A stretch of DNA of 64,000 bases from Tubiluchus corallicola (taxonomy: Eukaryota; Animalia; Priapulida), in assembly GCA_030141605.1 (NCBI GenBank), contig JAQGDQ010000178.1, positions 372,001 to 436,000 of the forward strand, written 5' to 3'. Of the stretch, positions 54,601-64,000 are shown one piece after another (within the stretch, counting starts at the first letter, position 1; each line of letters opens with the position of its first letter). The notes under the pieces were generated by a model. That model was given only the letters and a program-made list of their open reading frames with translations. It had not been told where the DNA came from and did no database searches. The position numbers and the translations under genes are program-made.

Positions 54601-57600
54601 CTTTGTGATTTTACAAACTTATTTATGAACTGAAAAACTACCTATTTATTCACAGTATATACTAACCTGAGCAGTCTACATCTGCGAAACCCCGCGCACA
54701 GGTGCAATTAAAAGAACCAGGAAGATTATTACATGTTCCTCCATTATAACAAGGGTTTTGAGCTGCAGCACATTCATCAACATCTAGATTCACAAACATT
54801 AAAACATATAGTGCACTTGCAGTAATGCAGATTTTTTTCTGTGGCTAATGTAAATATTTCAAGCAAATGCTACAAATGAGCAATATGGATGTAGACAACA
54901 CACAAACAACTTTTACAACATGTCGCTTACATGCCAGTCCACTTCAGATTTTTCTGAACAGTTTTTTTATTATTATTAAATTGTTTTGCAAGTCAAGGCT
55001 ATAGCGGCATGCAAATGGATTATGAATATTAATATGATACTTTATTCTTTGCTGTCGCTGTATTCCTTAGCTGTTTCATTTTGTTGTTAAATTTATTGTA
55101 CTTTGTGATTTTACAAACTTATTTATGAACTGAAAAACTACCTATTTATTCACAGTATATACTAACCTGAGCAGTCTACATCTGCAAAACCCCGCGCACA
55201 GGTGCAATTAAAAGAACCAGGAAGATTATTACATGTTCCTCCATTATAACAAGGGTTTTGAGCTGCAGCACATTCATCAACATCTAGATTCACAAACATT
55301 AAAACATATAGTGCACTTGCAGTAATGCAGATTTTTTTCTGTGGCTAATGTAAATATTTCAAGCAAATGCTACAAATGAACAATATGGATGTAGACAACA
55401 CACAAACAACTTTTACAACATGTCGCTTACATGCCAGTCCACTTCAGACTTTTCCTAACAGTTTTTTTATTATTATTATATTGTTTTGCAAGTCAAGGCT
55501 ATAGCGGCATGCAAATGGATTATGAATATTAATATGATACTTTATTCTTTGCTGTCGCTGTATTCCTTAGTTGTCTCATTTTGTTGTTAAATTTATTGTA
55601 CTTTGTGATTTTACAAACTTATTTATGAACTGAAAAGCTACCTATTTATTCACAGTATATACTAACCTGAGCAGTCTACATCTGTGAAACCCGGCGCACA
55701 GGTGCAATTAAAAGAACCAGGAAGATTATTACATGTTCCTCCATTATAACAAGGGTTTTGAGCTGCAGCACATTCATCAACATCTAGATTCACAAACATT
55801 AAAACATATAGTGCACTTGCAGTAATGCAGATTTTTTTCTGTGGCTAATGTAAATATTTCAAGCAAATGCTACAAATGAACAATATGGATGTAGACAACA
55901 CACAAACAACTTTTACAACATGTCGCTTACATGCCAGTCCACTTCAGACTTTTCCTAACAGTTTTTTTATTATTATTATATTGTTTTGCAAGTCAAGGCT
56001 ATAGCGGCATGCAAATGGATTATGAATATTAATATGATACTTTATTCTTTGCTGTCGCTGTATTCCTTAGTTGTCTCATTTTGTTGTTAAATTTATTGTA
56101 CTTTGTGATTTTACAAACTTATTTATGAACTGAAAAGCTACCTATTTATTCACAGTATATACTAACCTGAGCAGTCTACATCTGAGAAACCCGGCGCACA
56201 GGTGCAATTAAAAGAACCAGGAAGATTATTACATGTTCCTCCATTATAACAAGGGTTTTGAGCTGCAGCACATTCATCAACATCTAGATTCACAAACATT
56301 AAAACATATAGTGCACTTGCAGTAATGCAGATTTTTTTCTGTGGCTAATGTAAATATTTCAAGCAAATGCTACAAATGAGCAATATGGATGTAGACAACA
56401 CACAAACAACTTTTACAACATGTCGCTTACATGCCAGTCCACTTCAGATTTTTCTGAACAGTTTTTTTATTATTATTAAATTGTTTTGCAAGTCAAGGCT
56501 ATAGCGGCATGCAAATGGATTATGAATATTAATATGATACTTTATTCTTTGCTGTCGCTGTATTCCTTAGCTGTTTCATTTTGTTGTTAAATTTATTGTA
56601 CTTTGTGATTTTACAAACTTATTTATGAACTGAAAAACTACCTATTTATTCACAGTATATACTAACCTGAGCAGTCTACATCTGCGAAACCCCGCGCACA
56701 GGTGCAATTAAAAGAACCAGGAAGATTATTACATGTTCCTCCATTATAACAAGGGTTTTGAGCTGCAGCACATTCATCAATATCTACAACAAAAGAACCA
56801 AAATTCAGAAAATTATTGATGATTTTTTTACGAAATAATTTAACTGGCTAAGAAAAAAATCAGATTACTTACTGACAATATAGTTATGTCGTGTTTAATG
56901 ACTAGTATAGCAATTCTGACCCGAGTATTTGATGTCATTTATGTATCTACTCTATGCACTAAAATAGACAATTTATCACGAAACACTTCAACAGAATATA
57001 CAAGTGATTTATAACAAATGGAGTGCTTAAGAAAATTTAACATGAGATGATAGTCTACAGATGAAAATTAAAACACAGTCGGGGAATTATATTCTGCCTA
57101 AATTGGGACTGCGAAAAAGTTGGAGTTACAGCCACTTTGGTGTTATGCATTAATACATACATGCCTATGCAAACATTTTGCATTGTGAAAAATTAGGGCA
57201 TTATGCGAGGTTGGTGTTATTAAATTGGGGGCATTATAACGAAGTTTGTCTGTATTTATTATACAACCTAATAGCCTCTTCAATTAAATGCTTTAGCAGA
57301 CATGCTCACAAGAATTAAAAGCACCAAATTCAAACCACGATCTAGCGGGTGATTGCTGAAATATTCAAAGTCAATTTTCAAGAATGAAATTTTAATTGAG
57401 CATCAATTGTCAAAAAGTAAAAAAATGACACCACCAGGGGTTTCAGGTATAATTATAAATATCACTCTTTCCTCTCCGTTATCGTAACTTGTGCAAACAT
57501 TGAAGTTGGGTCTACAAAAACACTATGAATTGTAAAATTTGAAGGCAAGTGTCAGAAAGTATAAGCCTAAGCACTAAAGCACAGGAATGCATCAGTATTA

Positions 57601-58697
57601 AGTGGATAAATACTGATTGTTTTAGTGCCATTCTGAGTTCTCTTAACCTGCTAGCTGCATCTAATGAGGTCACAGCATAAACACAGAGCTTTTGCAGGAA
57701 GTGAAAGATGCAGTTACGGTTGTTTGCAGAAAAAAATATTGTGAGCCTTGTGAACAGGTTGTGGCGGTGTGATCAGTGTTTATTGCACAGGAACATGTAC
57801 AGACAAAATGAAAGCTCGCCCTATACAGCACACTTACAGTAATGCAGACCTTTTCCTGTGGCTAACGTAAGAATTTGAAGCAAATGCTACAAACGAACAA
57901 TATGGATGTAGACAACACACAAACAACTTTTACAACATTTTCCTTACACGCCAGTCCACTTCAGGTCTTAACAATTTTTTTTATTATTATTAAATTGTTT
58001 TGCAAGTCAAGGCTGTATAAAGTAAACGTGTTCATGCCAAACATCACAGACATGTTGGGAAATACAAAGACAATACATACCAACATCACAATTAATTCCA
58101 GCATAACCTTGTTCACATGAACAGTTGTAAAAATCATAATGATCCACATAGGTGCCATTTGCGCAAGGATTTGATACACATTCATCAAAAGTTCTTAAAT
58201 CTGAAAAGTTGAACATCAAACACGAAGCATGCATTACCGGGTCTTTAAGTGCCCTACTGTTCATATGACAAAGTATCTATTTTTTCTCTTTGCATACATT
58301 TATTGCCCACATTTATCAGCTTATTATTTGTATTATAACAATGTAAAAACTAACCTATTGAACACAATCCTCCGGTCCATCCATCAGCACATTCACAAAT
58401 ATGAAATCCATAATCCATAATGCAGGTCCCTCCATTAAGACAGGGATCATAAGCACATTCATCTATACCTAATAAAAGATTTGCAAATGTTTCCCATCAA
58501 TATTATATGTTAAATTAAAACTTGTACAAGGGCAACCTTCCCATATCTACATTTTCAAACAAATCCTTTTTACACAAGGTTTTTTTGTTAAAAGCTTGTG
58601 GATGTGGGAAAGTTGCCTGCGTCTACGTAGTAGAATGAAAGTAAAGTAGTGCTAGCACTATAAAAAGTGTTAAATAATATACAATGATATATGAATA

Positions 58698-58728
<31 letters not shown>

Positions 58729-61700
58729 TATCAAAAGTGTTACACAATTGATAAAACCTCAGTTAGTGCCAAAATGCACTTAAAATGACTATGAAGGAAG
58801 AAATGACCATTCAAAAACATCTTAACGAATTCTCTTTGAGTTTTGTAAAATTCCATGAAATTACTCTAAAGACTTGCAGTTTATTTTCTACGAGGAACTT
58901 TCAGTCTCATGATCTTCAAAAGACAGAAAAACATAAGAAAGCCATCTTCTAGCAAATCAGAATAAAAATTGATACTGTTTTGTTGAAAGTTGGGTCTCAC
59001 GTATTTTTCAAGCTGATGAAGATGGTGAAACTGACAGCTCCTAATAGAAAATAAACTGTAAGACTTCAAAGCAATTGATATTTTAAATGTGTCAAATCTG
59101 TCCCGTGCCTTAACATACAGAGACAGAAGTGGCATTCTTGGTATTATATTACTGATGAGAGCTACACTTTACTGCTATAACCTAAATTTAGAAAAACATA
59201 ATAAAGAAATTTTCAAAATTTGCTTGGCCTTACCTTTAAGAATTACTAACATTAAAAAAGTAGTTCCTTCACATAAACCTAGATGACCGATGATGTATAT
59301 TTCTCAAAAATGTGATGTAAAGAAGAGAGGCTGTGGTAGGTGGCCAGGTATAGGTAACAACTCAACTCAGGCGGGGTTAGTTAAGTTTCTAAATTTATAC
59401 TAATATTTAAACATTAGAATTATTTTGGCACATATAAGCTGTCTATATTTTGAATCATTAATTTAACTGATATATTGTTTAAAAAGCTGCTTGTTTTTTT
59501 TAAACTTGTCTAATATCAGTTACATGATTAATTCACAAAAAAATTAACTGTTTTGATAAAAAATCAAAATAACAAAAAACACAAAACTTAAGCAGATACA
59601 CAATAAAATCTTAATTTTTGAAAATATGAACAAAAAAACAGATAGATACTGTATGTTGTGTTGTGTTAATCTACTTTTTAATGTATGACTAAATAATAAA
59701 TAAATAATACTACATACTAATGTCACAATTAGTTCCAGTGAATCCGTGCTCACATGAACAAGTGTAATTGTCCTTATGATCAACACAAGTTCCATTAAGA
59801 CAAGGATTAGCAGCACAGTCATCAAAATCTGAAAAAAATTATTTCCTTCATTTATCCTCTAGATCTACCATTTCATGAAAACACAAGGTAAGATTTCTAT
59901 TTGTAATAATTCAATATTCTTAATGAGCAGCTCCAATTGAAGAACATTAACATTACACTTACATTACCTTACTTTAGATTAATCATCTGAATAAATTTAA
60001 TAAATTTAAAGTCCAGATTCTTCATGCTTTGCTTTTACGAAAAAATGATTAGAGGTAGGTTTGGTAAAATAGGCTGTTTGGTAAATGCCTATTTAGGCTG
60101 TCTGCATGTCCTACTTAAACTGGAAATTTTCACATCTTACTTTTTCAAGCATTAGCTAATATAGTTCACATTTTTGTCTATCTAGCCGGCAACTGTCTAT
60201 GCAACTGATACAATGTTTTTTAATCTGCTGTTCTTTTGTCTGCTACTGAAAACACATTTATAAGCTTGCTTACCTATTTGACACTTCTTCCTTCTTTATC
60301 TATACAGACTTTTAGTATTTACAGTTTTGTTTACCTCTGGGCTTTTCAGTTTGTCGTTTAAACAATTAATGGTTGGTAGGCAATGGTTCATAATGCAAAT
60401 GAAGACTACTTTAGTCAAGTTGTCAACAGCAACATTAAATAAAGTAAATTTATTGTAAATATCAGTAAAAAACTTGAGGTTTCATAGCACAGCGTTTATA
60501 AGAAAGGCACACCTTTTTCGCAGAACTCCCCAGGAGCATAAGCAGGACAGGCACAGTTGAATCCGTACCGAATAAGAGTGCAAGTACCGCCATGTTGACA
60601 GGGATTGGGAGAACAAGCATGAGTACCTGCAACGAGAGTAAATACGGTACAACTGATTCTTTGTATAAACATATTTAAATCATTTCAGAATTAACAATAA
60701 AGCATTACAAATGCTTAACTAAAGTTTCTTCTGAGGTGATAAATTGAACTTGACACACACAGAAAAGAAGGTCACAAATATATCATAATGATGCGGTGAC
60801 AAAATTTAACAGCTAAAGATGAAATGTCATAGGTAGCTATAGCATTTTACAAATCATTACAACATAGAATATCAAAGTGGTCTCTTAGTTCCTGCAGGGC
60901 TTGTACTCAGGAGATTATTCTAAAAAAATATAGGACATTTTTTGAAAGAAGTATAGGAATTATAGGGCCTTTTTCCTTAAAAACAAAAGTTTCTAACCTT
61001 AAACTACGGCGATTTTCACAATTTCTTTGCAAAGATAACAGATTTTTGAGAATACCAACTCTGTAAAAACATACATACTTGGCTAGAGACAAATGTTATT
61101 TACATTAGCTAAAATGCCCAAATCATGAAGATATGAACTTATAATATCTAATTGTGGTTATGCGCGCCAAATGCGTGCGAAAAATACCAATAACATTCAC
61201 ATTTCATTGAGAATTCATGATTTCATAGGAATTATAGGACATTTCTAAAAATATAGGAATTATAGGACGAGTACAAGCCCTGTTCCTGTAATAAAATTTT
61301 TTGTTTGAGTCAGTAGAGCTTCATTAATAGATACTGGTAAGGCATCCGAACCATATATGTTTAACTATATATAACATTAAAGTTAAAAAAACAGCTGAAA
61401 TAAAGAAAATACATTATCAATATAATTGATTCTAAGATTGGCAAATGACAATCTTATAAAACAGTATATAAATTTGAGAATATATTTGTGAACATACCTT
61501 CTGTCGTGAGTACGCTCCCATGAAAGATCATTAAGCAACTTATTACTACTCCTACCAAATACTGCTCCAGTAACAATAAGAGAGGCATGATACTGGATAT
61601 GCTCAATAGCAGAAGCGCTAACATCACTGCAGTCTGCTCAATTAACGTCACAATATTCCAGTAAAGGCAGAACATAAGATTTACACAAATTATCAAGTGA

Positions 61701-62463
61701 ACTTCTGTCTAAAAGATCTTATGCAGCAGATTCCAACGTTTTGAGGTTTTGGATGGTAATTCATTAATGTGAGTAGTCCAAGCAAGAGTGTTGATAAGAA
61801 TTAGGCCTAAATGTTTGTACTGCAAATAGTTATCAATTTTGACATCGCCCAGAAACAAATGTGAATGGAAAGGTGACTTAATTTTACAGGAAAATATCAG
61901 TTTTCTGAATGTGATCTAGATCATCTTGTAAAATATTACATGAAGCAACTGGATCGTCAACAATTTGCTTTGTGCAGGCATCATTGGCAAATTGCATTTC
62001 AGATTTTTCAGGCCTTTTTCTGAGACAAACCCTACATTTGTGACTGAAAGTAGCAAATTTTCTAACATAGCATTATACTCACCCAGACAGTAAAATTGAA
62101 GCCGCATAATCCGGCGCACTACATAAGGTTTTGGTGATTCGCAATCTGATACATTGACATTAACCTTGAAAGTGATGTTACAAGATTGCTCCCCGATACA
62201 GTGATGAAAAGCATTCATAACAATGTCTCGGTCTGGCCTAAATGTTCCATGATAAGGAGGGCAGGTAGAGAGAGTTGATGGTGGCTCACCACACACTATA
62301 TCATAGTCATTTCTTCCATAAGAAAGTACTGGGTAACGAGCTGTACTTTGTGCATAGCGGGTTGCACCAGGGCACAGAAGTTCATGTGATTCATTATCAC
62401 AATAAACTTGGCTAGAATCTGCTTTGTTTTCATAAACTTCTGACGTGAACTCATATGTAGTAC
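2687..62463 (-). CDS. PKD1L2-like: Polycystin-1 family (PKD1-like/REJ) receptor-channel subunit, multi-exon, 5'-partial
   Basis: 52 exons with AG acceptors, GT donors (one GC) and compatible phases, total 10,232 nt. Domain order SUEL, EGF x15, PKD, REJ, GAIN/GPS (CLYW...W..DGC...[12 protein letters not shown]), TM1, [52 protein letters not shown]. Exact orthologue not determinable by eye. Confidence 0.93.
5147..7947 (-). CDS. S1 and TOP domain exons (7768-7947, 6998-7073, 5476-5641, 5147-5329)
   Basis: [51 protein letters not shown]...C...YS...ED...Y.PGW. Confidence 0.88.
6245..6460. repeat. ~62-bp tandem repeat, 3-4 diverged units
   Basis: agcagaa..aggagaggcatggattcacacacaaattcacaaaagagaaa recurs. 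Confidence 0.8.
8770..13961 (-). CDS. TM2-TM5 region (exons 13854-13961, 12968-13106, 11922-12054, 10540-10639, 8770-9233)
   Basis: [21 protein letters not shown]|[44 protein letters not shown]...LYGLKYG...WL.S...QSIFVLQP. Confidence 0.9.
9356..9895. mobile_element. piggyBac-like MITE, second diverged copy
   Basis: Ends gtagtgaaaggg-ttaa; left ttaa with degenerate TIR; internal similarity to 24980-25584 (gttactaaaa.agaatct.gtaaataaacaaata). Confidence 0.65.
11584..11805. repeat. Local direct duplication (~90 bp, 132-bp offset)
   Basis: atgctattgtcac...tgtaaatctttattaattcttgatatccaagttgttcttggttttgcctggatgtcgttta twice. Confidence 0.85.
12218..12410. repeat. ~97-bp tandem duplication
   Basis: cataaaaacaa.gtatttaattacagtcaaacc...gcaagacacaatatctatatttgc twice. 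Confidence 0.85.
15167..16632 (-). CDS. Canonical intracellular PLAT domain (exons 16512-16632, 16038-16197, 15167-15305)
   Basis: [25 protein letters not shown]...RGAEDWF...[27 protein letters not shown]...WLAIDRG. Confidence 0.93.
17535..18341 (-). CDS. GPS motif and TM1 (exons 18238-18341, 17535-17765)
   Basis: [19 protein letters not shown]|[22 protein letters not shown]...PN...[30 protein letters not shown]. Confidence 0.93.
19039..25932 (-). CDS. Extra PLAT/LH2 domain N-terminal to the GPS (exons 25785-25932, 24423-24525, 19039-19150)
   Basis: [35 protein letters not shown]...FGRAQIDRF...VTMWI...GWLLEKVVI...[10 protein letters not shown] matches the PLAT pattern; phases 1-2-0-1 chain. 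Confidence 0.8.
19543..23998 (+). mobile_element. Ty3/Gypsy LTR retrotransposon (Mag-like), decayed, intronic, antisense to host
   Basis: 160-bp LTRs 19543-19702 and 23839-23998; PBS tggcgaagag at 19704; polypurine tract before 3' LTR; 5-bp TSD ctagt/ttagt; gag-pol order PR-RT-RH-IN. Confidence 0.95.
19782..23613 (+). pseudogene. gag-pol pseudogene of the Gypsy element
   Basis: Two CCHC knuckles ([18 protein letters not shown]), protease [22 protein letters not shown], integrase AHEGH..WWPG..C..C and DLLGP; several stops, frameshifts and an RNase H deletion near 21985. Confidence 0.92.
24980..25584. mobile_element. piggyBac-like MITE
   Basis: ttaa-ccctttcacta ... tagtgtaaggg-ttga; related copy at 9356-9895. 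Confidence 0.7.
26480..27545 (-). CDS. Large exon: GAIN strand (HYYIGI) followed by ~280-aa Cys-rich Cx3Cx6 insertion
   Basis: 1066-nt open exon, phase 0 to 1, includes ORF 26436..27374; 41 Cys counted. Confidence 0.85.
28794..38443 (-). CDS. GAIN domain exons (38319-38443, 35212-35337, 34957-35051, 34607-34757, 32888-33038, 32223-32338, 31866-32013, 28794-28942)
   Basis: Helical segment (VRSSIMDVL...[11 protein letters not shown]...EELSPQAM), LGEEP, ENPFVW...VLSFSM typical of PKD1-like GAIN; phases chain correctly. Confidence 0.8.
29210..31320 (-). mobile_element. Decayed LINE (CR1/L2 group) with internal deletion
   Basis: [20 protein letters not shown]...[35 protein letters not shown]; coiled-coil ORF1-like piece 31040-31310; 3' tail tgaaataaactgaatttgaatt; ends approximate. 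Confidence 0.85.
32690..32765 (+). mobile_element. tRNA-derived SINE head or tRNA pseudogene
   Basis: A-box-like tagcttaggtggtagagc and B-box ggttcaaatcc at tRNA spacing; no clean anticodon arm. Confidence 0.45.
34174..34221 (-). CDS. Possible additional 48-nt phase 0-0 mini-exon ([16 protein letters not shown])
   Basis: ttacag acceptor, gtgaat donor, frame-preserving; not required for the model. Confidence 0.3.
36527..38161 (-). mobile_element. Head-to-tail dimer of a non-autonomous Helitron (36527-37366, 37367-38161)
   Basis: Minus strand 5' TC, 3' CTAG with short imperfect hairpin upstream, CTAG|TC junction, A|T insertion site without TSD. Confidence 0.75.
38162..38303. repeat. (AAT)n/(AAC)n microsatellite
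   Basis: Direct reading. Confidence 0.95.
38620..38960 (+). mobile_element. 3' fragment of a CR1-type LINE
   Basis: [14 protein letters not shown] motif typical of CR1 ORF2 C-terminus; ends approximate. Confidence 0.6.
39276..47269 (-). CDS. REJ domain exons (46947-47269, 46573-46667, 45311-45458, 44821-45062, 43736-43831, 43396-43509, 40776-40921, 39276-39426)
   Basis: REJ motifs [29 protein letters not shown]...[42 protein letters not shown]...VVVSDVY; phases chain correctly. Confidence 0.85.
41100..42030. repeat. Nested imperfect inverted repeats (fold-back / MITE relic)
   Basis: 41570-41712 is a diverged reverse complement of 41733-41890; third copy of the arm at 41255-41380; outer inverted pair ~41120-41170 / 41965-42015. 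Confidence 0.6.
42953..43072. repeat. (GAT)n/(AAT)n compound microsatellite
   Basis: Direct reading. Confidence 0.95.
44641..44780. repeat. ~49-bp tandem repeat, ~3 units
   Basis: aaatggaaa.taaaaatcaatatttcgata...gaattactatgtgct recurs. Confidence 0.8.
47586..48298 (-). CDS. Exon: PKD domain and start of REJ module
   Basis: VVFEWDMGD...[16 protein letters not shown] (PKD WDFGDG-like motif) then YEWHIF...[19 protein letters not shown]; ORF 47577..48284; phase 1 to 0. Confidence 0.88.
49292..52210 (-). CDS. Four single-EGF exons (52097-52210, 51530-51643, 50014-50124, 49292-49405)
   Basis: Phase 1-1 exons: [15 protein letters not shown]..., [15 protein letters not shown]..., [14 protein letters not shown]..., [15 protein letters not shown]... 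Confidence 0.9.
53507..56780. repeat. 500-bp tandem repeat, ~6.5 units, each carrying one EGF exon
   Basis: gcatgcaaatggattatgaatatt... recurs at 53507, 54007, 54507, 55007, 55507, 56007, 56507; units differ by a few substitutions, no indels seen. Confidence 0.97.
53667..56783 (-). CDS. Seven near-identical calcium-binding EGF exons (56667-56783, 56167-56283, 55667-55783, 55167-55283, 54667-54783, 54167-54283, 53667-53783)
   Basis: 117-nt phase 1-1 exons D[IV][28 protein letters not shown][PR]GF[SAT]DVDCS, each with tag acceptor and gttagt donor. Confidence 0.88.
58081..60626 (-). CDS. Four single-EGF exons (60513-60626, 59718-59828, 58355-58468, 58081-58200)
   Basis: Phase 1-1 exons, e.g. 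[15 protein letters not shown]..., [23 protein letters not shown]..., [15 protein letters not shown]..., [17 protein letters not shown]... Confidence 0.88.
60895..61282. mobile_element. hAT-like MITE with 14-bp TIR and 6-bp TSD
   Basis: TIR cagggcttgtactc / gagtacaagccctg; ttcctg on both flanks; subterminal ataggaattatagg motifs. Confidence 0.8.
61520..62040 (-). mobile_element. LINE reverse transcriptase C-terminal remnant
   Basis: Minus strand reads [33 protein letters not shown]; stops present; ends approximate. Confidence 0.6.
62083..62463 (-). CDS. Exon: SUEL / rhamnose-galactose-binding lectin domain
   Basis: Phase 1-1 exon of 381 nt: [14 protein letters not shown]...[12 protein letters not shown]...C...[13 protein letters not shown]...SDC...RLQFYCL; YGR and Cys spacing typical of SUEL. 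Confidence 0.8.
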
Positions 62464-63107
62464 CTAAAAACCAATGAAAATAAATTTTGCATAAGGGCTA
62501 CCGAAACAATAACAAACATCATTTGTAATCTTTAAAATTGACAATTAAAATTATTATAAAATAAAATTAAGGTAAAATAGGCTACTTAAATGATCACATC
62601 TATTACATACCAATTCAACCATAAAATTATAACTTGCCCACCAAATGCTATATAAAGTCTGCTAAGTTCCTCTCTCACAAATAGCTTCGGAACAGTGGTA
62701 TGCAAAATAAGTTTTTCGTATAACGTCATATGACGTGGCACATTATCTGCTGGTTTGGCTACAGCACTGAAAATGTGATAACTCCCAAATATTTGATATT
62801 TTGCATACAGCTGCTACATTCTACCATTCACTGTACAACTAAAGTAGATTTACCTTTTTTTCAATAATTTATTGAAAACCTGGAACTACAAGATAAAAAA
62901 TAAAATTAAACATCTGATTGCTTTTTGTTTTAAGTTTATAAAAAAAAAGCAAGAGAAGGTGTCCCTCAAATGAGAAGTTGAGAAAAGCGCTGACGCAGTA
63001 AGTGTAAATGAATAAAAATTTCAACCACCAAAAAATGTTCGAATCGGCGAAAAACAGATTTGCCCTCAGAGACGTCAGACTTGTTTCATTATATGTATCA
63101 TTTACTT

Positions 63108-64000
63108 CTTGAACACGACCATCCTAAAAACCTTGTTTCACCTGAACACGACCATCTTAAAAATCTTGTTTCACCTAAACACGACCGTCCTAAAAATTTT
63201 GTTTCACCTGAACATGACCGTCCTAAATATCTTGTTTCACCTGAACACGACCGTCCTAAAAATCTTGTTTCACCTAAACATGACCGTCCTAAAAATTTTG
63301 TTTCATCTGAATATGACCGTCCTAAAAATCTTGTTTCTCCTGAACATGACTGTCCTAAAAATCTTGTTTCACCTGAACATGACTGTCCTAAAAATCTTGT
63401 TTCACCTGACCACGACCGTCCTAAAAATCTTGTTTCACCTGAACACGACCGTCCTAAAAATCTTGTTTTATCTGAATATGACCGTCCTAAAAATCTTGTT
63501 TCACCTGAAAATGACCGTCCTAAAAATCTTGTTTCACCTGAATATGACCGTCCTAAAAATCTTGTTTCACCTGAACACGACCATCCTAAAAATCTCGTTC
63601 TTCCTGAACACGACAGTCCTAAAAACCTTGTTTCACCTGAACATGACTGTCCTAAAAATCTTGTTTCTCCTGAACATGACTGTCCAAAAAATCTTGTTTC
63701 ACCTGAACACAAACGTCCTAAAAATCTTGTTTCACCTGAGACCGTCCTAAAAATCTTGTTTCATCTGAATATGACGGTCCTAAAAATCTTGTTTCACCTG
63801 AACACGACCGTCCTAAAAATCTTGTTTCACCTGAACATGACTGTCCTAAAAATCTTGTTTCACCTGAGCACGACCGTCCTAAAAATCTTGTTTCATCTGA
63901 ATATGACCGTCCCAGAAATCTTGTTTCACCTGAACACGAACGTCCTAAAAAATATTGTTTCTCCTGAACATGACAGTCCTAAAAATCTTGTTTTCCTGAA
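63108..64000. repeat. 33-bp minisatellite, about 27 units, continues past the window
   Basis: Consensus cctgaacacgaccgtcctaaaaatcttgtttca. Confidence 0.97.

Noticed and set aside
63098-63750. Long ORFs on both strands (CSGETRFLGRS / LNTTVLKILFH repeats)
   Set aside because: By-products of a 33-bp minisatellite; frame broken by a short deletion near 63740 and no splice support
63108-64000. CRISPR-like periodicity
   Set aside because: Contiguous tandem units with no unique spacers, eukaryotic intron context, no cas genes

Overview
AT-rich invertebrate-type (metazoan) genomic DNA almost entirely occupied by one large spliced gene on the minus strand: a polycystin-1 family (PKD1-like) receptor/channel subunit. 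I could assemble 52 phase-compatible exons (62463 down to the stop at 2687; 10,232 nt, about 3,410 codons; the 5' end lies beyond the window). They encode SUEL lectin - 15 EGF - PKD/REJ - GAIN/GPS - TM1 - PLAT - TM2-5 - polycystin channel domain - basic tail. Unusual points: (1) the GAIN domain carries a ~410-aa insertion just before the GPS, made of a 41-Cys domain with mirror-symmetric Cx3Cx6 spacing (predicted disulfide-laddered helical hairpin) plus a second, extracellular PLAT domain; (2) seven of the EGF exons sit in an exactly 500-bp-period tandem array; (3) the last two exons (TOP C-terminal part, S2-S6 pore module and tail) are tandemly duplicated with intact splice sites, suggesting alternative channel modules. 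Introns hold a decayed Gypsy LTR retrotransposon, LINE remnants, a tandem non-autonomous Helitron, MITEs and mini/microsatellites. All calls are from manual reading; no database search was run.
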